A DNA stretch of 14,851 nt, taken from positions 1 through 14,851 of the forward strand of contig JAZDCY010000049.1 of assembly GCA_036679645.1 (NCBI GenBank), in the 5' to 3' direction. This DNA comes from Gemmatimonadota bacterium (GTDB lineage: Bacteria; Gemmatimonadota; Gemmatimonadetes; Gemmatimonadales; GWC2-71-9). The notes beneath the pieces are model-generated. The model saw only the letters and a program-made list of their open reading frames with translations. It was not told the DNA's origin and did not search any database. The translations under genes and the position numbers were made by a program. Shown one piece after another: positions 1 to 7,073 of the stretch (position 1 is the stretch's first letter; each line of letters begins with the position of its first letter).

Positions 1-374
1 TCACCGGTTTGCTCGTATTCACGCCGGCCGGTCTCGTAGTAGGCGTTGTAGATTTGGGGCGCGCGCGCGAGAAAACGGTGGGGCTCTCCCTCGGCCAGGA
101 AGCTCCTGTGAGGACCGCCCAGGTTCTTTTCCGCCGATACTTCGCCGAGTCGCTCGAAGAACTCCGTGCGACCTTCCCCCAGTTCGCTCACGATGGCATC
201 GTCCAACCGCTTGCCCAGCTCGAACGGGTACCACCCGACACCGACCAGAGCATCGAGGATATTGCGATCTTCTTCGGTGAGTGCGGCACGGACACGTTCG
301 GACGCCTCGGCACCGCCGTGTTCCTCTACGAATGCCAGGCGCGACTTGAGCACGCTGCCCTTGACCTGTTGCAC
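1..374 (-). CDS. TIGR02265/DUF2378-like protein (H-NOX/V4R-like small-ligand-binding fold), 3' end beyond the window edge
   Basis: Not in the ORF track because it has no stop inside the window. Manual translation from GTG at 374 (SD GGGAG at ~382-386): MQQVKGSVLKSRLAFVEEHGGAEASERVRAALTEEDRNILDALVGVGWYPFELGKRLDDAIVSELGEGRTEFFERLGEVSAEKNLGGPHRSFLAEGEPHRFLARAPQIYNAYYETGRREYEQTG... The frame is open to base 1. The VKG...GWYP...LG..SA..NL...YY.TG pattern resembles TIGR02265-family proteins (recognised from memory). Confidence 0.75.
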   Translation of the reverse strand, partial: MQQVKGSVLKSRLAFVEEHGGAEASERVRAALTEEDRNILDALVGVGWYPFELGKRLDDAIVSELGEGRTEFFERLGEVSAEKNLGGPHRSFLAEGEPHRFLARAPQIYNAYYETGRREYEQTG

Positions 375-439
375 GGCGCGACTCCCTGTGGAATCTGTGT
401 GCCAACTTTGCAGGAATCAACGGAACGGGCAAGGATGGG

Positions 440-445
440 TATGAT
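440..445 (+). promoter_or_regulatory. Putative sigma70-type -10 element (TATGAT) for the TonB-dependent receptor
   Basis: TATGAT (5/6 match to TATAAT) in the short divergent intergenic region, 7 nt upstream of ATG 453. No convincing -35 element. Confidence 0.35.
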
Positions 446-452
446 AGGGGCG

Positions 453-2522
453 ATGAGAGACGATGCGGAGTCGCGCGACCAAACCCCGGGCGTGAGCCCG
501 TGGTTAAGGGCGATCCTAGGGGTGGCCCTCGTTATCGGCGTCTGGCATCCGCTCGTGGGTCAGGAGCGGCCCCTCCCCGCCGATTCGGCAACCCCCGTCG
601 AGCCGATCGTGGTCACGGTCACGCGAGTTGCCGAGACCGCGTCGCGCGTTCCATATGGTCTGTCGGTGCTTGGATTGCGTGACTTGGTCCGCGCTTCGTC
701 TGGAACGTCATTGGCTGGGGCGTTGGCCCTGGTGCCCGGTGTCACCGCACAGAACCGATTCAACCCGGCGCAGGACGAGCGCATCTCGATCAGAGGGTTC
801 GGTGCGCGAGCGGCGTTCGGCATTCGCGGCGTGCGGATTCTTCTCGATGGCATTCCGCAGACGCTGCCCGACGGCCAGGGACAGCTCACCAACATCGACC
901 TGCGCCGGATAAGCCGGATCGAAGTTCTCCGCGGTGTGTCGTCGAGTCTCTACGGCAACGCGAGTGACCCGCTTGCGCGGGCGGATCTCGAGCCGGAGGC
1001 TCGCGTTTTCTATGGGACGGACGACCTCTTCGTCACCGATGCCGGACTCACAGTTCCGCTCGAGAGCGGCTGGCTGGCCGTTCGGGGTTCGCGGACCAGA
1101 GGTGACGGGTTCCGGACACAGAGTCGGTTCGAGACGTGGCGCGGCAGTGTGCGGGCCTCGCTGCACGTGGGTGCGCGCACTCAGGTGCTCGCGGCCGTTC
1201 ATCTGTCGGACACACCCCGCGCCGAGGATCCCGGCGGGTTGAATGCGGACGAGTTGGCGGCCGACCCGGCACAGGCGCATCCGGGTCATGTCAGCGTGGA
1301 CGCACACAAGGACGTGTCTCAGGGCCAGGTAGGCATCACGGTGCGTCACGCAATGCGGGGTGGTGGTCGCGTCAACGCAACGATCTTTGGTCTCCGGCGC
1401 GATCTGTTCAACCAGTTGACGTTTGCCAGGATCGATCTCGAGCGATGGGCCTACGGTGCACGCGCCGTCGCCTCGTTCCCACTTCCGGTGGACGTCCCTG
1501 CCGAGGTGAGCGTTGGGGCCGATGTCCAGTGGCAGCGCGACGATCGGCGGAACACGGAGCCTGACGGGAGCGCGGTGACGCGAGATCAGCTCGAGACGGT
1601 GCGGGAGTTCGGTCCGTTCGTCCAGTTCCGTCTTCAGCCGGTCTCACGCGTCGCACTCACCTTAGGGGGGCGGTTCGACGATGTGCAGTTCCAGGCTGCC
1701 GACCGACTCATAGCTGACGGAGATCAGTCGGGTGTCCGGTCGATGTCGGCCCTGTCGGGGACGGCCGGTCTGGCGGTCGAAGCCCATCCGGCACTCACCG
1801 CCTACGCCAGCGTCGGAAACGGATTCGAGGCTCCCACCACGACGGAACTGGCCAACCAGGCGGACGGGAGCGATGGGTTCAACAGGGATCTCGACCCGCA
1901 GCGAGCGACCCAGTTCGAAGTGGGCATCCGGGGCAAGCGCGGGCCGGTGAGCTATGACGTGGCGGTCTTTCAGGCCAACGTGACCGGCGCGCTGATCCCG
2001 TTTGAGGTTCCGTCGGTTCCAGACCGCACCTTCTTTCGCAACGCCGGCAAGACGCGTCACCGGGGCATCGAGGTCAGTGCCCGAGCCCAACCTGTCAGCG
2101 CCGTATGGCTCACGGCCGCGTACACGTTCATGGATCTGGAATTCATCGACTTCGTAACCGAGAGCGGCGCGCTGGACGGCAACACGATCCCGGGCGTACC
2201 GCGACATTTCTTCTCCGGCGCGTTGCGCGTTCAGCGAGGCCCAGTTCGGTTGCAGGCCGACGTCCGCGTGTCATCATTGGTCTTCGTGAATGACGCGAAC
2301 GCGACGAAGACCGACGGGTGGTTTGTCGCAGACGTTCGGGTGGACGCCGAGGTGACGGCGGGTGGTTTCCGGGTGGTGCCGTACGCCGGTGCCGAGAACC
2401 TGTTCGACGAACGCTACGTCGGGGCCGTTCGTGTCAATGCGGGTTTTGGGCGGTTCTACGAGCCCGCGGCGGGGAGGAGGGTCTTTGTGGGCGTAGAACT
2501 GGCGGGAGGTGACGGGCGATGA
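453..2522 (+). CDS. TonB-dependent outer-membrane receptor, YncD/PqqU-like
   Basis: Signal peptide (SPWLRAILGVALVIGVWHPLVG-Q), TonB-box-like EPIVVTVTR, and plug motifs QNRFNPAQDERISIRGFGARAAFGIRGVRILLDGIPQTLPDGQGQLTNIDL and IEVLRG..SLYGNAS. Barrel motifs DPGGL, GFEAPT, ENLFDERY and YEPAAGR. The start is probably ATG 453 or GTG 492, not 9; that upstream part is the antisense shadow of the minus-strand gene. Confidence 0.9.
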   Translation: MRDDAESRDQTPGVSPWLRAILGVALVIGVWHPLVGQERPLPADSATPVEPIVVTVTRVAETASRVPYGLSVLGLRDLVRASSGTSLAGALALVPGVTAQNRFNPAQDERISIRGFGARAAFGIRGVRILLDGIPQTLPDGQGQLTNIDLRRISRIEVLRGVSSSLYGNASDPLARADLEPEARVFYGTDDLFVTDAGLTVPLESGWLAVRGSRTRGDGFRTQSRFETWRGSVRASLHVGARTQVLAAVHLSDTPRAEDPGGLNADELAADPAQAHPGHVSVDAHKDVSQGQVGITVRHAMRGGGRVNATIFGLRRDLFNQLTFARIDLERWAYGARAVASFPLPVDVPAEVSVGADVQWQRDDRRNTEPDGSAVTRDQLETVREFGPFVQFRLQPVSRVALTLGGRFDDVQFQAADRLIADGDQSGVRSMSALSGTAGLAVEAHPALTAYASVGNGFEAPTTTELANQADGSDGFNRDLDPQRATQFEVGIRGKRGPVSYDVAVFQANVTGALIPFEVPSVPDRTFFRNAGKTRHRGIEVSARAQPVSAVWLTAAYTFMDLEFIDFVTESGALDGNTIPGVPRHFFSGALRVQRGPVRLQADVRVSSLVFVNDANATKTDGWFVADVRVDAEVTAGGFRVVPYAGAENLFDERYVGAVRVNAGFGRFYEPAAGRRVFVGVELAGGDGR

Positions 2523-2552
2523 TGGAGGCGATGATCGCCCCTATCACCGCCC
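2514..2552. terminator. 18-bp imperfect hairpin between convergent stop codons (possible bidirectional terminator or 3' stabiliser, no U-tract)
   Basis: GGGCGATGATGGAGGCGA-tga-TCGCCCCTATCACCGCCC: 15/18 Watson-Crick pairs, and 17/18 paired on the minus-strand RNA when G-U is allowed. Confidence 0.5.
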
Positions 2553-4808
2553 TACTCTCCCCCCATTCAGCTGGTTCAGCATGCGCCCCGCCAGATCGGT
2601 CGCAACTGTGGCGAGTCGCAGACGCTCCGTCGCCACGCTGTCGGATAGTTGTTGCACTATCTGCGCGTAGCCCCCGTACGTGACGTAGTACAGCGAGAGA
2701 ATGTTGTTCGACGGCCCGTCGACCCAGCCGCGGGGGCGATCGCGTGCGGCGCTCTCCGGATGGTACACGTCAAACAGCAGGCGCTCAGTCCGGTCCAGGT
2801 CCAGCCAACCAATTCCCGCGATGCGAAAGATGTTATCGCTCTCCTCGACGGGCTCCGGCTTCAGGCGTCGCACGAATCCCTCCGCCAGGAGGTGCGCGGT
2901 GAGGCCCAGCTGATCGGCCGTCCCGCCGGTCGTCCGCGCGAAGTAGACCGGGCGTTTGCCCAAGTTGTTCCGGATGAGTTCTAGAGTGATCAGGTCGGCA
3001 CGGCTGTAGCGACCGGGCTCGAGCACTGCCTCTAGCGATCCCACGCGAAACACGCTGCGTTGCGCGACCGGCCAGACGAGCGGCAGGGCATTCACCTCAG
3101 AGCCGTCGAACTCGCGGTACGGCGGAGCGGCGTTCACGATATCGAACGGCTCTACCTCACGGCGGATCAGCTGGCGCAGGTGCCACTCGGTGTTCATGAG
3201 CGACTGGTTGAACACGAGCACGTCGCGTCGAACGTGCTCCACCTCCTGCGCGTACCACAGCGGGAAGAGATCATTGTCGCCGGCCGTGATGAGGATGGCG
3301 TATGGCTCGACCGATTGCAGCAAGTCGACCGCGAAGTCGCGCGCCAGCGTCTCGCCCGCCCGCGGCGCGGTAAGGGTGTTCCCGCCAAGTGGAATGAGGG
3401 CGACGAGCAGTACCGATGATGCCCCTATCCACGCCACTGGTGCGTCCAGCCTGGTTCGGAGCACGGTCTGCAGTTGCGCATACAGGGCACCCAGTCCCAT
3501 AGCGACCCAGAGCCCCAGGAGTTGGAACGAGATGACGAAGAAGTAGTCTCGCTCGCGTACTTCCCGGTCGAGCGCTTCACCCGGCCGGTAGGAATAGCCG
3601 TACCGGAAGTTCAGGTAATAGATCAGAACGACGGTGACGGTCAGCATGAGGCCGATCATGGCGAGCGCGGCGCGGCGGTCACGCATCCACTGGACAACTA
3701 CCCCATAGAGGGCAAGCATGCCAAAAAACGCCGCCACGATACGACCGGCCCGAACGCTCCAGTCATGCCCGAACTGCCACGAGAAGTACTGCAAATAATT
3801 GCCGAGCTGTGAAGGAAAATCGGCCATGCGGACGGAGAGCGGCGGCTTCTGGTATTGCTCGCGTGCCAGCACGCCGAGCAGCGCATCCCACGTCGTGGGC
3901 TCGCCCTCGTTGATGGCGGGGAACGCGGCGGCGCGCAGCGGTAGGAAAACGAAATTGAGTGAGATCCCGACGACGGCCGCACCGATCGCCGCATAGAGCA
4001 ACGGGCGGGCAAACTCCTTAGGGTCCCGCCACGCGGCGTACGCCAGCGTGCCCACGATGGCAATCACGGACAGCGTTCGCCAGTCGGTTGGTCCGCTCAC
4101 GATGGCGGTCCACTTACCCGTAATGGCGAGCCCGCCAAAGACGGCCAGCGCGATCACCCACGGTCGCGTCATGTCCCGCCAATCCGTGAGCGCCACGTAC
4201 GTCAGCACGGCGGGCAACACCAGGACGCCCATCATGTGGTTCGTCGACGTCAGCACGAGCAGGTAGCCGATCAGCAGCAGGATCTTGTCCCGTGCCAACC
4301 CGCGCGGGAGGTCCGCCCAGCGCACGACCAACCAGAAGATGACCGCGATGAAGAACAGGCTCACCGTGTAGACCTTCGCGTTCACTACCGACTGGTTCCA
4401 CACCGTGAACGTCGTGGCACCGACCAACACGCCTGCGAAGGCCGCCGCACAGCGCGGCCAGGCATCGGCAATCACCGGTCGCAAGAACCGGTGGGCCACC
4501 AAGAACAGGAATCCCGACGCCACGGCGCTGGTGAATGCCGCGAAGAGATTGATACGCAACGCGTAGTGCGTCGCGAGGGGTAGTTGGCCCCACACGTTGG
4601 CCATGAGCACGAACAACGGGCTGCCGGGTGGGTGGGGGATACCGAGCACCTTTGCCGCGGCGATGTACTCGGATGTGTCCCAGAACTGGGTCGTCGGCGC
4701 GATCGTGAACGCGTAGAGCGCGAAGATCGCGGTCGCGACGACGGCCGCAATGCCGTAAGGCGGCCGTTCGCCTACCTCGTTTGTCATCGGTTGCACGTCG
4801 TCGGTCAT
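2544..4808 (-). CDS. DUF2723 / TMEM260-family GT-C membrane glycosyltransferase (putative protein O-mannosyltransferase)
   Basis: N-terminal TM helix followed by APTTQFWDTSEYIAAAKVLGIPHPPGSPLF (DxxE and HPPG.PL family motifs). Also VWNQSVV.AKVY, many TM helices, INEGEP, REQY.KP, EVRERDYFF and LITAGDNDLFPLWYAQEVE. SD GGAGA 5 nt before ATG 4808; double stop TGA-TAG. Confidence 0.88.
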   Translation of the reverse strand: MTDDVQPMTNEVGERPPYGIAAVVATAIFALYAFTIAPTTQFWDTSEYIAAAKVLGIPHPPGSPLFVLMANVWGQLPLATHYALRINLFAAFTSAVASGFLFLVAHRFLRPVIADAWPRCAAAFAGVLVGATTFTVWNQSVVNAKVYTVSLFFIAVIFWLVVRWADLPRGLARDKILLLIGYLLVLTSTNHMMGVLVLPAVLTYVALTDWRDMTRPWVIALAVFGGLAITGKWTAIVSGPTDWRTLSVIAIVGTLAYAAWRDPKEFARPLLYAAIGAAVVGISLNFVFLPLRAAAFPAINEGEPTTWDALLGVLAREQYQKPPLSVRMADFPSQLGNYLQYFSWQFGHDWSVRAGRIVAAFFGMLALYGVVVQWMRDRRAALAMIGLMLTVTVVLIYYLNFRYGYSYRPGEALDREVRERDYFFVISFQLLGLWVAMGLGALYAQLQTVLRTRLDAPVAWIGASSVLLVALIPLGGNTLTAPRAGETLARDFAVDLLQSVEPYAILITAGDNDLFPLWYAQEVEHVRRDVLVFNQSLMNTEWHLRQLIRREVEPFDIVNAAPPYREFDGSEVNALPLVWPVAQRSVFRVGSLEAVLEPGRYSRADLITLELIRNNLGKRPVYFARTTGGTADQLGLTAHLLAEGFVRRLKPEPVEESDNIFRIAGIGWLDLDRTERLLFDVYHPESAARDRPRGWVDGPSNNILSLYYVTYGGYAQIVQQLSDSVATERLRLATVATDLAGRMLNQLNGGRVGR

Positions 4809-4851
4809 ACGGGTCTCCGTCGGGGTCGGGCGCGCGCTCGCTGCCAGAATG

Positions 4852-6387
4852 CTAGTGTCGAAACTGGCGGCGTCCGGTCATGACCATGGCAACGTTCATC
4901 TCGTCGGCCGCGGCGATGACCTCCTCGTCCCGTTTAGACCCGCCGGGTTGTATGATCGCCCCGATACCAGCGTTGGCCGCTTCTTCCACTCCATCGGCAA
5001 AGGGGAAGAAAGCGTCCGAGGCAAGGACGGCCCCGTTGGGATCGTGACCCTCCTTGCGCGCCTTGTGCACGGCAAGGAACGACGCGTCTATGCGGCTCAT
5101 CTGTCCCGCGCCGATACCTATTGCCGCTTCCTTCTTGGCGAGCAGAATGGCGTTCGACTTCACCGCCGCGATCGCCGCCCACGCAAACCGAAGATCCCGC
5201 CATTCGCCATCCGTCGGGACCTTTTTCGTCGCGACCCTCCATTGGCTCTCGTCATGCGTGAAGCGAAACCGATCCTGCGCCAGAAACCCGCCCCGTATGC
5301 GCTTGAAATCGAGTGAAGGCGTCTCCGGTGCGGGGGCGCGCGGCCACTCGATCACACGCAGGTTCTTTTTCTTCCGAAAGATCTCCAGTGCCTCGTCGTG
5401 AAAGCGCGGTGCCACGACGACCTCCACAAAGAGATCGCGCATTGTCTCCGCGGTCTCGGCGTCCACGACGGTGTTGTACGCTACCACCGACCCGAACGCC
5501 GAGGTCGGATCGGTTGCCAGTGCCCGGCGATAGGCATCTGCCGTGTTGGCCCCCAGCGCGATGCCGCATGGTGTCGTGTGCTTGATGATCGCGCATGCGG
5601 CCCGGTCGTCCCACGGCTCGACCGCGAGCAGCGCTCCCTCGATGTCGATGAGGTTGTTGAACGACAGCTCCTTGCCGTTCAGCTGAAACATGGCACGCAC
5701 CCCGCGCGGCTCGTCCACGCCGTAGAGCGCGGCACGTTGCGTCGGGTTCTCGCCATAGCGCAACGGCATGAGGCGCTCGAGCGCGAGGCCCAGGCGGGGG
5801 GGCAACTCGTCGCCACCCGCGTTCAGGTACCCGGCAATGGCCGCGTCGTAGGCTGATGTATGAGCGAATACGTTGGCCGCCAGCTCCCGGCGGAATTGTT
5901 CGCTCGGGCCGCCGTCGTCGAGCGCAGACACGACCGCGTCATAACTGCCCGGATCGACAACCGGGAGAACCGCTGTGTGGTTCTTGGCTGCGGAGCGGAG
6001 CATGGACGGGCCGCCAATATCGATCTGCTCGATCGCGTCCTCGAACCGCACGTTCGGTTGGCCGATCGTAGCCTGGAATGGATAGAGGTTCACCGCGACC
6101 AGGTCGATCGGTAGGATTCCGTGGGCCGCGAGCGCGTCCATGTGCTCCGCGAGATCACGTCGCGCGAGCAGTCCGCCGTGGATCTTGGGGTGCAACGTCT
6201 TCACGCGGCCGTCGAGCATCTCCGGAAATCCCGTGACCGCGTCCACCGGAGTGACGGTCACGCCTTCCTCCTGCAGCAATTGCGCGGTCCCGCCTGTCGA
6301 GATGATCTCCCAGCCGCGCTCGGCAAGCGCGCGGGCAAAGGCGGCGACACCCACTTTATCGAAAACGGAAATCAGCGCGCGTGGCAC
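4852..6387 (-). CDS. purH: Bifunctional AICAR transformylase / IMP cyclohydrolase
   Basis: Motifs [77 protein letters not shown], and the C-terminus TGRRQFRH. Start is more likely GTG 6387 (SD GGGGAG, 5-nt spacing) than 6393. Confidence 0.98.
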   Translation of the reverse strand: MPRALISVFDKVGVAAFARALAERGWEIISTGGTAQLLQEEGVTVTPVDAVTGFPEMLDGRVKTLHPKIHGGLLARRDLAEHMDALAAHGILPIDLVAVNLYPFQATIGQPNVRFEDAIEQIDIGGPSMLRSAAKNHTAVLPVVDPGSYDAVVSALDDGGPSEQFRRELAANVFAHTSAYDAAIAGYLNAGGDELPPRLGLALERLMPLRYGENPTQRAALYGVDEPRGVRAMFQLNGKELSFNNLIDIEGALLAVEPWDDRAACAIIKHTTPCGIALGANTADAYRRALATDPTSAFGSVVAYNTVVDAETAETMRDLFVEVVVAPRFHDEALEIFRKKKNLRVIEWPRAPAPETPSLDFKRIRGGFLAQDRFRFTHDESQWRVATKKVPTDGEWRDLRFAWAAIAAVKSNAILLAKKEAAIGIGAGQMSRIDASFLAVHKARKEGHDPNGAVLASDAFFPFADGVEEAANAGIGAIIQPGGSKRDEEVIAAADEMNVAMVMTGRRQFRH

Positions 6388-6401
6388 TGTCACTCCCCCG
6401 G

Positions 6402-7073
6402 TTAGTGCGGTAACCGCTCGTGAGTACCAAGCAGGTCGGTGATCCGAGCGGATTCAGGTGTAGCGTTGAACGCGTCTCCCGGAGCCGGCAACCGCACGAC
6501 GCGACCGGCGCGTGCGGCGGCGAGCACGACTGCCGGGAGCAATTGGTGTTCCGTGGCGAGCACGCGATCGCGCAGCATGTCGGGCGTGTCGTCGGCCAGG
6601 ACCGGAACGGGCCACTGCGCGAGTATCGGTCCCCTGTCGTACTCCGTGGTGACGAGATGCACCGTGGACCCGCTCACGGTGGCACCGGATTCCAGCACCG
6701 CACGGTGCACCCGCATGCCGTACATCCCTTTGCCACCAAACGACGGTAGAAGCGCGGGATGGATGTTGATCATGCGGCCGGCGTACGCTTCGACGACCGG
6801 TCCCGGAATGAGCTTGAGGTACCCCGCGAGGACGATGAGGCCAGCGGTGACCTGTGTCAGCGCCGCCAACAGTGCGTCGCCGTCGTCGGGATCGGTGATG
6901 ACGTGCGTCGCAACTCTCGCCTGGCGTGCGCGTGCCAGGGCGCCCGCACCTGGTTTGTCGCTTGCAACGAGTACGACCGCGGCCGGCTCAGGGGGAACAC
7001 ACGCGTCGAGCAGGGCCTGCAGGTTGGTGCCGGATCCGGACGCGAGGACCGCGACCCGCAACACGTCAGCCAT
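6402..7073 (-). CDS. purN: Phosphoribosylglycinamide formyltransferase
   Basis: Motifs VAVLASGSGTNLQAL, VLAGYLKL, NIHPALLPSFGGKGMYG, TVHLV...YDRGPILAQ and EH.LLP. Lies directly upstream of purH. Confidence 0.97.
   Translation of the reverse strand: MADVLRVAVLASGSGTNLQALLDACVPPEPAAVVLVASDKPGAGALARARQARVATHVITDPDDGDALLAALTQVTAGLIVLAGYLKLIPGPVVEAYAGRMINIHPALLPSFGGKGMYGMRVHRAVLESGATVSGSTVHLVTTEYDRGPILAQWPVPVLADDTPDMLRDRVLATEHQLLPAVVLAAARAGRVVRLPAPGDAFNATPESARITDLLGTHERLPH

Noticed and set aside
389..405. Sigma54-like promoter on the minus strand (TGGCAC-N5-TTCC)
   Set aside because: The -12 GC dinucleotide is CC, and the implied start site would fall at or past the gene's SD.
9..452. N-terminal 145-aa extension of the TonB receptor suggested by the ORF track
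   Set aside because: It is the antisense of a better-supported minus-strand gene, and the signal peptide begins only after 453/492.
2520..2552. Selenocysteine read-through of the TonB receptor UGA with the hairpin as a SECIS
   Set aside because: Read-through adds only W-R-R before another UGA, and the UGA lies inside the stem, not upstream of a SECIS-like loop.
4809..4851. Terminator between purH and the DUF2723 gene
   Set aside because: Only a loopless GC palindrome (cgggcgcgcgctcg) with no U-tract. The 43-nt gap is consistent with read-through.
7066..7068. Sec read-through at the UGA ending the Cys-rich PPC protein next to selA
   Set aside because: The fifth repeat and its Cys pair are already complete, and the downstream sequence is out-of-frame purN.
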